Of a stretch of 64,000 nucleotides of DNA, positions 1-13,230 are shown piece by piece. The notes beneath the pieces were generated by a model. That model was given only the letters and a program-made list of their open reading frames with translations, did no database searches and had not been told where the DNA came from. The stretch lies in assembly GCF_036321535.1 (NCBI RefSeq), contig NC_087436.1, forward strand, positions 13,144,001-13,208,000, given 5' to 3'. A program made the translations under genes and the position numbers. The stretch is from Camelus dromedarius. Taxonomy: Eukaryota. Position 1 is the first letter of the stretch. Every line of letters starts with the position of its first letter.

Positions 1-1
1 T

Positions 2-256
2 GGGATTAAAGCAGTGCCACCAAGAATGCCAACCATAACCCTGGGTCAGGTACTTCAGAAATACCCACACTCCCCCATTCACTACCATCACAATTCTCAG
101 CCGGAAGCCATGACTCCCAGTTTTTCTCCATCCCTTTCCCTACTGACTGCGCAGACCCCCGTCGTGACTCCACTGCTGTCGGATGGAGGGTTATTAGGAA
201 CACAGCTGAGGGGTACCCACCATGAACTTAAAGCAGCAGATGAAGTTCAAATATAA
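2..256 (+). CDS. DCHS2: C-terminal end of the last coding exon of protocadherin Dachsous-2 (cytoplasmic tail); partial, the gene starts upstream of the window
   Basis: The frame is open from base 2: GIKAVPPRMPTITLGQVLQKYPHSPI...TPSFSPSLSLL...HELKAADEVQI, with TAA at 254-256. It matches the recalled mammalian DCHS2 tail (...FSPSLSLL...HELKAEDEVQI) and ends in a hydrophobic PDZ-type terminus (VQI). Confidence 0.88.
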   Translation, partial: GIKAVPPRMPTITLGQVLQKYPHSPIHYHHNSQPEAMTPSFSPSLSLLTAQTPVVTPLLSDGGLLGTQLRGTHHELKAADEVQI

Positions 257-1667
257 AACAACTGTGATGTCAAGCTCCTGCTCTCCCTTGGTCGTGAATG
301 ATTGGACGAAACATTCCCAAGCAAGTTTCTCGAGATTGAGTTCATTTATGTACGAGTGAGTGGTATAATTTAGTCTGGGTTTTTAGAACCCCCTCGTTTA
401 AGTTCATCAAATTTATTCCAGCCTTAATGAGAAGTTACCCTGGCTTTTAACCTTTATGTTTTGCTCTCAGGACTCAAGACTGTATATATATATATTAAAT
501 AGTGTGTATTCTGCCATACCTGATTTTCTGTATGGTTACATTGCCAAAGGACGCGATGAACTTGACTGATTGCCAAAATGTTTACAGGAAAACAAATGGA
601 AGTAAAGTACACTGCATTCTGGCCACATGACAGTTGATTGATTATACCACTATTTATAAGACAAATTGGTGAAGACTGAATAATGAGTGTAGGACAGAAA
701 GTAACAGAGAGGGGAAATTTGGAAGGATAAACAAATTTTTAAATGAAGCAGTTTTCTGCAGAGCTGATATATTAGAGACGCAGGTCTCCACTTTGCCCCA
801 GGTACCAAACTTGTGGAGTTTGGCCATAACCCGAATTTAATATGCTGTCTTTTGGAAATCTGATGAGAAATTAAGAATGAAATTGGTCATGTGCCAAATA
901 CAAGAATTATTCCTGATTAACCAGAAATGCATGTCTTAATAGAGGGCAAGTATTGATAAAAGCAATAGATGGATGGTTGGCTGCCACCTAAGACATGTTT
1001 CCTTGGCCTTCTTTAGAAATAGAATGATTTTTTTCAAAGCTCTGTCTTGTAACATGGTATGGGTACAGACATTAAACTCTGAAGATTAATTTGTATATGT
1101 ATATCTTCATTTAATTTTCCTCCAGATACAGTAACTTTTGGTGAGAAATAATTTATCCACTCGGTGTCAGTTACATAGTTTTGCGTAGATAAAATTATGT
1201 TATTAGCTAATGATGAATTTCATAGAGTAATTTAGCAATATATTTCGAAATGAAGATTTTTTTATATAAATATTTCTACTATAAAAATTAAGAATGGAGG
1301 TCAGAAGTCTTTCTTCCCTTTATTCATACTGATATTTAGTTTTAACTGTCATTAGGTGGAGCAGTTTGGTGACCTGGTTAAAATAATTCTGTTTTGTACA
1401 GCTACTGTTTCAGAAACGTAGTGCTGTTGTGTGATGCTCATGGATTATGCAATCTCCTTCTGTCTGGTGAGCCCGAGAATCCATCCAAGATTCTTATCGC
1501 TTCCAGGAAAGAACACACCCTGCTGATGATGGTCCAGAAATCATCCAGGGTAGGCAACATGGTCAGGCTTTGGATAAGAGCTTAGGATTCTACTGTCAAA
1601 TCCAGAGGGCATGAGGTGCAGTTTTCTTAGTGGTTAGTGTGGGATTCAGCTATAGAAATATTTCCAT

Positions 1668-1710
1668 TGTGTGTGCGTGTGTGTGTTTGTGTGTGTGTGT
1701 GTGTGTGTGT
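1668..1710. repeat. Interrupted (TG)n microsatellite
   Basis: Seen directly: tgtgtgtgcgtgtgtgtgtttgtgtgtg... Confidence 0.95.
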
Positions 1711-2447
1711 TTCAGTAAGCTTCATCTGTAAAATTATGTAAGATAATTGATTTCTCTTGACTGGAAAACACTGTAGGAAGCAGGGAGATAAATAATCCTA
1801 AGACTTCCTATGCTGATTTTATCAATTGTATATTAGAAATTGTATGAAACATGAAGGTTTTTAGACAAGCCTGGAATCCTAGGGCAAGTCATTTAGGCAT
1901 GGAATACTTAAATGTTAAAGGTTGGATGCATGTCTACTTTTCTTCATAGCATCCAGGGAGGAAGATTTCATGGTTTTTCTTAGAAAATAATAATAATTAC
2001 TATTTCAACATTCCAATATTTATACTCTCTTTGATTTCCTTCTGAAGATTACTTTGAGCATATGAAGAAATGCTGTACTGATTTTCTTTCCTAAGTATAC
2101 GTGGAAGTTTGGTTTTACAACAGAACTATTTCTAGGAACTGAGAAAATGTTGTTGTTTTTAACTAACCAGGTTCTTCATTTACTTATGCTTAAAAAGTTG
2201 ACTGTCTAACTCTTCCTTAAGTTATTTGCCTGTGATTTTATTACTCATTCTGGACAGGATTCTGCATTTCTTCTGGACAGTTAATAAAAGCAGAAGACAT
2301 GAAGTATTTAGAACTATTCCTTACCAGCATCTAGTGGATTTTTAATTGATGACTTTATTAATCCTGTAACAAATGCCACACCACCACCAAATGACTGTTA
2401 CAATGGGGTTGAGAGTGAAAATGTGAACATGCTGGTTAAGTGTTTGC

Positions 2448-2453
2448 AATAAA
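2448..2453 (+). terminator. Candidate polyadenylation signal (alternative AATAAA at 2283-2288)
   Basis: AATAAA with an upstream TGTA near 2365 and a downstream T-rich tract (gcttttttcc, ~2481-2490). Confidence 0.5.
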
Positions 2454-5261
2454 TCATATGTCAGCCCTTTCAACTAGAGAGCTTTTTTCCTACGTAAACA
2501 ATATAATTTGCAGTTTTCCTTCAAGTTGAATATTAACTTGCCTCATGTGTTCTGTGTTACTCTGCTGATCTACACACCGGCTTTAGCACTCTGGAGGGGG
2601 TACAGAACTTGTTAGTGGAAAATCGTATTAAGCCCCAAATTCATAAGCTATAAAATAAGACAGTTGTCTCTTGTGGAATTTTGGCTGCCTGAAATTCTGG
2701 ACTTTCTTGTTGGCAGCCTTAAAATACTGGTGTAAATCAGGACCAAATGGATATCAAAATTCCATGTCCTAGTAGTAATCATTGAACTGGCTTCCAAAAC
2801 AGATTCCTGGGCAAAGAAAGGGGAAAATGCTGCATCTTTAGGGATTTGATCATTTAACTGTTCTTTAAAAATACTAAAATGCACTGAAAACTATTGGCTG
2901 CCGCCACGTGTGCACACTTGGCCCACGTTAGATGTCCAGTGAGACAGGACCTGTGTTTCTCAGAGCCTTTACCCTCAGTTTCAGAGCACCCCCTTGCTGT
3001 GTTTTCCAGAAGTTGTGATGATGAAAATGAATTGATAATTTAAAAATTATTTCCACCCAAGCATCTGCTTTGTTACTTTTGGTTTGGTTTTTGGGGTTTT
3101 TTTTTTTTTGTTGCCATTTTACATGTACCTTAATTTTTACAATAAACAAGACAAAACTAAAAGGATCTAAGATACTAACCCACTTCAAAGCAATGAAGGA
3201 TGGGGCGTGAACATGGTTAGTGGATTCTCCAATGATGTTATGGACAATCTCATTGAGTTTATTTCAGTTGAGCTCCAAAGTGTAGAGTCATCTGTTCAGT
3301 CATTGCTGGAGAGAGTTTTTATGGATAATCATGCTGTCCAAGAAGGATACCAGGATTAGGGAAGCTGCAGAAGCTCTGCATTCCAGTGTGAGTCACTGAA
3401 AGTAGCTTTTACTTATTATGAAATGGAGGAAGGAAAGGAGGGAAGGAGAGAAGGATCAAAGGATGGAAGAGCAAATAGAGGATTAAATCTAAAAAGGAAT
3501 AGTTTAGGGCATGGGTAGAGAAATGCAAGAAGGAGAAGGGTAAGGACTTGTATTAAAAAAATTTTTTAATGTTTAAGTATAAAGATTTTGCCGAATCACT
3601 TACCTTTCATAGGCTCATCCTGTTGAGGGATTGAGCTTTTTTTTTTCTTTTTTTTGTTTTTAAGGAACCTTTTTTCTCCTCCTTCCTATCTGTTCCTTTC
3701 AAGTCTCTCCCTCCATTATCTGAAACTTGAAGTTTATCAAGTTGTGAGCCTACAGCTAGGTGACAGTGAACTAGCATACATTTGACCATAAGAGCTTGAA
3801 TTTGTCGTGGGGTGGGTATTTTGGGTGAATTACAGAATAAAAGAATGGGAATGATTGCCTCACCTTAACCCCCACTGTCTTAACTTTGGCATTGCATGAG
3901 CCACAGTTTTAAGTAGGTGATTTTACGTACATACCACATAATGGAAGTGCAGAAGACAGCTGGGGCAGAATATGGAATTTTAGGACTTACTCTTTTTTTT
4001 CTGGTAGCTCATCCTTTTTAAAAATGAGTGTTTGCTTGATAATTGGGATTTTGTATTAAAATCTTACATTTGATATCACTCTTAAACCACGATATAGGCA
4101 AAATTGATAGTTTGTTCTCAAGTTTTGGCAACTTTGTTTGACTTCCAGTGACGTAAATTATTTTGCAGTTGGCTATTTAATGACAATTTAGCACATCCTA
4201 CTGTTTTGGTCTATATAATTTTCCTCATTTCACCCGATATATTTGCTAAACCAAAACTGTGAAGTGAGTAATAGAGAGGGGGAAAGCGTACCAAATAAAT
4301 AGCAGATGCACAAGTGCATCTCTTGAATGAGAAGGCATTATTTTGGTTACAAAACTAAAGACATGGATTTCGTTGTTACATAGTAAGCCCTCAGGGGAGA
4401 GGCCTGGTCTCCACCTGTATTATGAAATACAGATGCTTCTCAGAATGGGTGAGTACATACGTGAATGGGCAGAGCGGCCACAGTGTGAGGGCTGGGACAG
4501 AGGTGCGACCCCTGTAGGTGTGAATTCTAACATAGTTCTGTGATGTTAGCCAATCACGAGAGAGAGAAAGCAAGTGTAAAGATGCTATCAAAATATAGAA
4601 TTTCTTAAATAAAGTCAAATGACTAGAAATTCCTTCTTTAATCTGATTTGTTTTCTCTTTCTCCCTCACAATATGCATACCTTTCTTGTGAGTTTAAGAC
4701 ATAATAGCAACAAGTTATAGATGACATTCAAAAGCATATTGTTTGAGACAATAGCATTACATGATCTAGTGTATTGGCTTAATTTAATTTAATTTCAGAT
4801 CTTGTATTAGACCATGATGACCCTATGGCTAGCAGAACAAAGTTCTATCAATATGAGAAGAGAATATAGTTCTGTAGATAGGCCTAGAATGCTTACATCA
4901 AAATTTATTAAAATTTAAAGTAAAAACAATATGAGGAGATTATGAAGAAAATTCTATATGTGCATATATTTAGTATGTATTAAAAGTGACATATAAAAAA
5001 TACAGGTTATTTTAAAAATGCATGCGGGAGAATTGGGGGAAGTGGTAAATATGACATCATTTCTTCTCACACCATAAACTGAATTCTAGCTGGACCAATG
5101 AGTAAAATGAAGCCACAAGACCTGAAAGCAAAGCAAAGAATAAAGGTGAGAAAGACCTTTTTAAAATATAAAACAAAGGTAGAGTGATGCATTTGAACTT
5201 ACAACAATAAAAAGTAGTATAACAAGTTATGAGAAATAATAACAGGGAAATACTTCATAGA

Positions 5262-6350
5262 TTTAATCAACACATATTTACTTAGTGTCTATTGCAGACA
5301 AGGCATGGATCTGGGCTCTGGAGATACAGAAATGAGAGTAGATAAAGCCAGTGTATATACAGCACTTGCCTTTTTTATTGAGGGAGATAACAATAAAAAT
5401 ATGCTTTCAAGTAATAGTAAGTGCAGTTATAGGAAGAACATTTCTTAAAGATACAAAGGAAAACAGAGAAGACATTGGCAAGGTTGTGGGGGAAGAGAGC
5501 AGTACTGTTTGACTCTTCAGGGGAGGTTTCTGACGTGATGCTGTTTGAACTGAATGAAGTGAATGAGCCATGCAAAAATCTGAGGGGAAACCATTGAAGA
5601 TGCATGTGAGCAAGAACAAGGGGCCTGGGGCAGGGGCACTTGGAGTGTTTGGAAAACTATAAAGCCAGTGTGGCCCAGAACTAGTGTGAGAGGAAGAGTA
5701 GCAGGAAATAAAAGCATGGAAGTAACTAGGGTTCAGATCATGTCAGGCCTTGTAGGCTATAATAAAAGACTTCAGAGTTTGTTCCAAGTGTTGTGGGAGG
5801 TCATTGGTGCTTTATTCCCAGGATATTATCTGATTCACATTTTTAAAGAGTACTACTTTATAGAAAATAGACCAAGGTAGAGGTGGGGAGGAGGTTAATG
5901 CAGTAGCAGTGCCCCAGTCAGTTGGCTAGTGTGCTAATCTCAGCTGGTGATGATTGTAGCTCAGCTGGAGGGCTGCAGGTGGAGGTGAATGGAGTCAAGA
6001 TGTATACTGGAGGTAGTGTTGCTGGTTCTTGATAATGAATTGGATATGAGTAAGGAGAAAGCTAGACACGAGTCTAGGGTTTAAGAGAAAATTTAGGACA
6101 ATAGAGAGAAATTGCAGAGTCATCAGATTATGGATAATATTTCAAGTCATCTGGATGAGATGATTGGGGGAGTAAGTAAATAGAGAAACGATCTTGGGAC
6201 TGACCTTTGGGACAAGGACCAAGAAGTCAAAAAAGAAGAAAGAAGCTCCAACAAACAACTCTCAGGGACAAACAAACAAACAAACAAACTAGTGAGATAG
6301 AACAGAAAAGTAGGGTAGTTTGCTATTCCAAAATCCAAGTAGAGCAATGG
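5262..6350 (-). mobile_element. L2 LINE 3' portion
   Basis: Starts with the reverse complement of the L2 terminus (tcaacacatatttacttagtgtctattgcagacaaggcatgg...ggagatacag), followed by the typical L2 antisense body (tcagatcatgtcaggccttgtaggc). Confidence 0.8.
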
Positions 6351-6399
6351 TTTAGGTTCTAGTCAGGGCAAGATAGCAACAGCAGTGTAGATGTTTAAA

Positions 6400-9300
6400 T
6401 CTTCTCAAATGACTTTACGAAACAGAGCAGTTGGCCAGTGAAAGTATAAGCTCATGGACCACACTTTTCATAAAAAGTAAAGTCGCTCCTACAAATTCTA
6501 GAACATGAACAGGCAAAGCAAAAGGACCAACTATTGGCAATAACAGAGGGGAGCAATTTGCAATTTTCTTTGAGCCAGAGAACAGTGTATCACCAACAAG
6601 TACTCACCTATGCAAGGAAAGGTCTATCCTCAGAAGAGAAACCTAGCAGGCAGATCTGAGAATAACTGTCAAAATTGGGAAAGGACTATAGAGTACCCAC
6701 TTTGTAGATCAATGTAGAAAGACTAAAGTGAAATTAGATTATGCTGGTGTGTCCAGGCCCCCAGAGCTTTAAGAAATACACAACCAAGTTGCCTTCTAGA
6801 GGAGCAGAACCACATACTAAGTCTACCAAAAGTAGAATTCGAATTCCTATGACTAGTAAAGGGAAAGAAGTCCTAGATACAAAGGGGGAAAGGGGGCCAG
6901 AGGAAGTAGAAGGTACAAAAATCTCTTATTTATAAATAATTTGCAGAAACAAGAGAAGAGGGGGTCCTAGAGCCATAAATCTAAGAAAGCTATTCTGATC
7001 TGTCACCACTCCTATATGGTAACTTTATAAATTGAGGAAAACCCATCTTAATCAAACGTAAGCAACAGAAAATAATTGCAGTATAAAATATATTGTAACC
7101 AAAAAGACTTAATTTGCTGAATGATGTACCAAAGCACAGTGAAGACACACTAGAAAAATTATGGCAAAAAATGACTCACTGGACTAATGGAACAGAATAG
7201 AAAATCCAGAAATGAATCCAAGTACATGTGAAGGCTTTCTGTAATGATGAATTAACGTGTTGTATACCAACTCTCCTGCTGAGAATAAGTAAAAAACTGA
7301 GTAAGAATAAGAAAGAGAAAAAGAAAGTTTTTTTTTTAATATATATATGTGTATGAGAGGCATCAGAGAACTACCAAGACAGTGAAGGCTTGAGAATCCT
7401 GACCCTGGAGAGAACAGAAACACAAAGAGGTATACCTGATAGACTGTGTCTCAAAACCCTCTTGAGGCTGAGTGAAACACATCAGCTGCAAGGTTGAGAA
7501 GCTAAAAGGAGCTACTGGAAATGTTATGAGGACAAGTATTAGAGTTAAAGGCCTACCAAGGAGGAAGGGTCTGGTAAATACACTAGTGAATAAATTGGAA
7601 CTCCTAGAAGGCTGCCCCAGGAGTAAGGGTAAATCAGAAAAGGCAGGCACTCACAAAGTCTGTGGCCAAACTGAATAAAATCAATTACATATTTGTGTTC
7701 TTTCCCTACTCTAACTGCTTGCCAACAGTAATATGTAGTCCCCTATAGAGAATAAAATTATTCAGAACCTTGGCAATGTCCGTAACGTTATCCAAAATGG
7801 CTAGGTGTACTGAGGAAAAGGCTTACACGATCACAAGTAAAAGAAAAATTATAGTAGAAACAGACATACAGAGATCCATATATTGGCATTATCTCATGTG
7901 GACTTTAAAGTAACTGTTCAAGAAATTAGATGCCATATTGAGAACTTCAGGAGAAAAGTGCAATATAAAAACTGTGAACTAAACTATCATAAAACTATAA
8001 AAAACTTTTTAAACTATAAAAAGAAAAGGAAATTCTAAATTATAGAATATAATTGCCATTTCACACTCTCTAGGATGGCTATAAAAATACAGATAATAGC
8101 AAGTATTGGTGAAGAGTGGAGAAATTAGAATTCTCATATATTGCTGATGGAAATATAAAGTAGGTCGGTCTCTATGGAAAACAATCCAAGAATTCCTCAA
8201 AAGTTAAACATACATAGGGCTACCATAATTACCCAGCAATCCTACTCCTAAGTCTATACCCAAAAGAAATGAAGTTATGTTCATACAAAAATTTGTCCAT
8301 GAAATGTCATAGCAACTTTATTCATAATAGCTAAAAGTGGAAATAACCAAATGTCAATTAACTGATAAATAGATAAACCTAATGTATAGCCACACAATGT
8401 AGTATTATTCAGCAACACAGATGAATTTGAAAGCATTATTGAAAGTGAAAAAATTCAGTCACAAAAGAACACTTGCTGTGATTCTGTTTATATGTAATGT
8501 CCAAGATAGGCAAATATATAGAGGTAGTAAGCAGATTAGCAGAGTCTAGGACTAGGAGTCTTGGAAGAAGATGGGGAATGACTGCTAGTGGGTATGGGGT
8601 TTCTGTTTGGAGTCGTGTCAATATTCTAAATTTGATTGTGGTGATGTTTGTACAACTCTGTAAATATACTAAAAACCATTGAGCTAGACATTCTAAGTAG
8701 GTGAACTGTATAGTACATGAATTATATCTCAAAAAAGTTGTTAAAATAAAGAACTCAATATATGTTTAACATCAGATTAGACACTGGTGAAGAGAGCATT
8801 AGTAAATTAGAAGATAAATAAAAAGAAAATATATGGACTAAAACACAGACAGATGTTTAAACAATACTGAAAATACTGAAAAGAGAATAAGAGATGTGTG
8901 GAATATGGTTTAAAGGTCTAACATATGTGTAATTGAGATCCCAAAAGGAGAATGGAAAGAGTAGGCCAGAAGCAATATTTAAAAAGATGGTGGCTGAGAA
9001 TCTTCCAAAACTGACATTAAATCACAATTCAAAATGTGCTAGAAACTTCAAATGTGATGAATAAAAAGAAAACCATAACCAGGCACCTCAGTGTTTTACA
9101 GTAAAATTGATGTGAAACAAAAGCAAAAATAGTCAAAACATTCAAAGAGGAATTATACATTACCTTCAAAGAACTGAGTGCATGTGGAAATACAGGATAA
9201 AGGCAGCACATTAAATTAGTGAAGAAAAGAAGTTTTTATTAAGTGAGGTTGTGATAACTGGAGAGCCATCTGGAAAAAAAGCTTAAATTGATTTATTCTT

Positions 9301-9480
9301 CATACTACACACCAGGGTAAGCCATGTAAATAAATACAAGTAAATACTAGAGGAAAATCTGAGTGTATACCTTTATAAACTAGAAATGGAAAAATCTCTA
9401 AGAGTCAAAATCCAGAAGCAATAAAGGAAATGGGTGATTAAAACATTGACTAAAAAACGTTCTGCATGGCAAAAAAAAAT
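6400..9480 (+). mobile_element. Mosaic of old L1M fragments (5' region, ORF1 and ORF2 pieces) with a nested L1MB-type 3' end at ~8055-8745
   Basis: ORF2-like tggaacagaatagaaaatccagaaat (~7190), ORF1-like agagcattagtaaattagaagata (~8795), and an L1MB-type 3'UTR (gggaatgactgctagtgggtatggggtttctgtttgg...gaattatatctcaaaaaagttgtt). Confidence 0.8.
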
Positions 9481-10212
9481 CTCTAAACCAATGGCAATAT
9501 TTAAGAGGTTGGGCTCTCTGGTCCCATGTTCAATGTTGTGTTAAGAGAGGTGGGACCATGTGGCTGGTAAACACCTAGTGGAAAAAGGCCAATTCCCGAA
9601 ATGAACAGATGTCTATCACCATAACACCATACATTGGGTGTTATTTCTCACATTGCATGTTCACTTATAGAACTGAATTTATAAATGTATTTTATTAGCT
9701 AAATCATGAATTTACCAGTTTTAAGTGCTGTTTCACAAAGCAGAGTTTGCTTGTATTCTAAGCAGGTTAAAATGTTATGATGTTAGAACCGAATCTTTGG
9801 TCTTTAAACTTGGATTTTAATTTTTCATTTTTAATTACCTTATTTCTTTTTTTCTGTCATTTCTAAGCAATCATTCATTTTTCTCTTCAGCTAATGTAGT
9901 GGAAATAATTTGCCTATTACTAGAATATTAAAGTAATTGTCAACAATGAGACAAAACTTACTAAACTTTGATTATTTTATAAAGTTTTGCTTTTTCTTTT
10001 TCTGATTTAATTTATTTAAAATGATAGTTCCCATTTCTTATCTAAAAACTCTGGGAAATCTCTCTGCTACATGTTACTTTCATGTTACATGAAAGCATAG
10101 GTGCTTAATGTTATAAAACAGACAAATTGGAAGTGATGAAAATAAAAGTCTTCAGATTATTGTCAGATTATGTGTCATATAAAAGGGAAATGTATTAACC
10201 TTTGTGAACTTA

Positions 10213-10440
10213 AATAATAACTAAATTTTATTGAGTGTTCATTATGTGCCAAATATTGTGCTAAATGTTTTATGTATACTATATTTTGTTTAATCTTCAA
10301 AATAACTCTTTAAGGTAGATACTAATATGATACCTTTTTACCAATAAGGAAACCATGACTTAAAGACCTAATGTAATTGGTAGAGCCTGGAATCCAACTC
10401 GGTGGTGTTACTAGAAGCTCTTCTCTTAACTCCTTTGCTA
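10213..10440 (-). mobile_element. MIR SINE
   Basis: MIR antisense core: aataataactaaattttattgagtgttcattatgtgcc...tttaatcttc...aaggaaac. Confidence 0.8.
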
Positions 10441-11339
10441 TATTGCTTCATGCTTGGAAAATTCCTAAATAATGTCTGGTTTTTAAACAATCATAAACCT
10501 CTATTAACTCCATTTAAAAAATTCTTTAAGAGGTGTGATCTTGTTCAGCAAATGAGCCATATGGCAACTACACAGGTGGTTTGCTTTGTGTTGGGGTCTG
10601 TAGTCACAGGAGATGGATAACTTAGGGATTATTCTACAGACGCATAATGAGTGTAATTTTTCTGATTCCCACCTTTTCTTGCATAAAAATTATTTTAAAA
10701 ATAGAACCAATAATATTTTTGCCAAAATGGCTCTGAAAATTTGCATATTGCTTCAGTCATATTGCATACTTGCAAACAAGTAGCAAGAGATAAAATGTTT
10801 TAAGCAAAAATAAAAATAAAAATGACATAGTTTCAAAAACAAGATAATCATCTCCATGGCAATATCTAGTAAAGATGAATATATTTTATCCTACAAGCTG
10901 GTTAATTCCATTTCAGAGTGTATATGCCAGAGGAAAAAAAAATCTCCCAAGATATTGAACAAGTGTAGAATATAAACTCAATGCAGTGTGCATGGATGAA
11001 GTTTGGGTTTGCTCTACTCCAGGAAGCAGGCATTGCTAGACATGGATGTACGGGAAGGTGCTAAAAAGGTCTTACATAAGATGAGAACTGTAACTAGGCT
11101 AAATGCTTCAAATCAGGGATGACTGAGCTTCTGAGCTTCCTCCCATCTAAAAGGATGGGCAAAGATAGGTTTTTGACCACCTGGGACTTTGGCTGTTAGT
11201 AAGCTGGAGAACTTGAAAACCTGAAGGGTAAATACTCAGTGTTATGAAGGCAAACTCAACCCATTTGCCCACGACTCACTATTATTCTACAATATCCCAA
11301 TATTACTCAGAGACTTAAGCCTTTGGAAGTCATTATAAG

Positions 11340-13230
11340 ACCTGGTTTTGGAATCAGCATTCTCATTGACATCAAGAATGATAGAAAGATCTCTTATATT
11401 GCTATTTAAATTGTACTTGTCCTTGTATATAACGCAGTAGTACCGGGAAAAAGAAATAAGAGGTACACATTTGAAAGCAAGAGACAAAACAGTCTTTATC
11501 TGCAGACAATATTGCTCCCTATACTGAGATTCCACAGGGATTCTGAGAATGAACAGAGAATTCAGAAAGTTGTGAATACAAGATCAGCCTCAGATGTCAT
11601 TAATATCCATACATACCATCAATAATCAATTGGAGCATGTAATAGAAGAAAAACTCATTCACAGTAACAATGAGGACCACAAAGTATTGAAGAATAAATC
11701 TAACAACACATTGAAGAACTTTTGGAGAATTGAAAAAAAATAATTGCAGAAAATAAAAGACCTAATTAAATGAAGGTATACAGTGGAAGGAGATACTAAA
11801 TAATTTGAAGATAGTAATTATCTATGAATTCAACTATGAACTCAATGCTGTTCAATCAAAAAGCCAATGTACATTTTTGTAGAATTGGACAATGCTATTT
11901 CAAAATTCATATAGAAGAGGAAAGACCCAAGAATAACAGATAACATTGAAGAAAAAGAAAGGGTGGGGATGGAGGAGTCACTTTTCCTACCAGTTATAAA
12001 GAGATGAAATAGCTTAGAGAGGCCTAGAAATAAACATGTATGGAAATGTCACCTGAAGATGGCTTACTAAATAAGGAAAGGGTGAATAATTTAATAAATG
12101 GTGCTGAACTAATTCATTAAAAAAAGAAAATGAAATTGGATCTCTTTTTCACATAATACAAAATTGAAGTGAAAATTCAAACTTTTAAACTTGGAGAAGA
12201 AAATATAGAAGAATATCTCTGTGACCTTAGAGTAAAGAAGACTGCATTAAACCAGATACAAAACACACAAACACAAAAGAAAAGATTGACAAATAGAATT
12301 CCTTTAAAATGAAGAATGAAGATTGAAACAAAGATACCAAATGGCCAAAGTTGTAAAAGAATCCATAACCAGAACAAGGCATTTGCAAAATACATCATGA
12401 AAAAAGACTTACTATCCATACCTTACAAAATTAGTAAGAAAGTGAACGCTTAATAGAAAAAAAAAAATTGGACAGAAAGTTACAGAGGAAGCTTGTATGG
12501 CCGATAAGCATATATATGCTCAATGAGATACACTATTACATACTTATCTGATTGGCAAAAATATAAAAATATGACAGTACTAAATGTTGGCAAGATTACA
12601 GATCATATGATGTTTGTGGGAATTTCATAGTTTTTATAAACTATTAGTTGTTATAGCCATCGTGGAGAGCAATTTGGCAGTAGTCAAGTTGAAGGTAATC
12701 TTTCTGACAGCCTAGTGAGTTATATTTCTAGGTTTATACCCTAGAGACAATCTCCCTCATGCATATAAGGAGACATAACTACGCATGCTTACTGTAGTAT
12801 GGTTTCTAAAAGCAAAAATTGGAAACAATATAATTTCCCTTCAAAATAAGTATTGGTAAATATCTCTAGTATATTCATAATATTATCCAGTAGCTAAACT
12901 GAATGAGCTGGAGCTATTTTTATCAATAAGTCTTTAAGATATTATATTACAGAGTAATTTATAGCATCTGATACTATTTACAGAAAGTTTAAAATATGCA
13001 AAACAATGCTATATAAATTCTTTATTGATATAAACATATGTAGGATATATGTAGATTAATATAAATACATACCTAGAAAAAAAGACAGATTCACAGTGGT
13101 GCTTACCATTGGAAAGAGAGGGGCATGGGCTGTCAAATGGATTTACAATATTAGATTATTTTAAAAACTCTGAAGCAAATCTGGCAAAATACATTCATAC
13201 ACCTGAGATGTCAGGAAGATTTTTAAGTTA
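11340..13230 (+). mobile_element. Old L1 (L1ME-like) ORF2 3' half and 3'UTR, degraded
   Basis: tctttatctgcagacaatattg (SLFADDMI-like RT motif), aataaatggtgctgaactaatt, and an L1ME-type 3'UTR. Confidence 0.8.

Larger units (their letters stand above)
257..2475 (+). other. DCHS2: Probable DCHS2 3'UTR
   Basis: AT-rich sequence after the stop codon, with no interspersed repeat that I recognise, running to AATAAA signals at 2283 and 2448. The end point is inferred. Confidence 0.6.
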
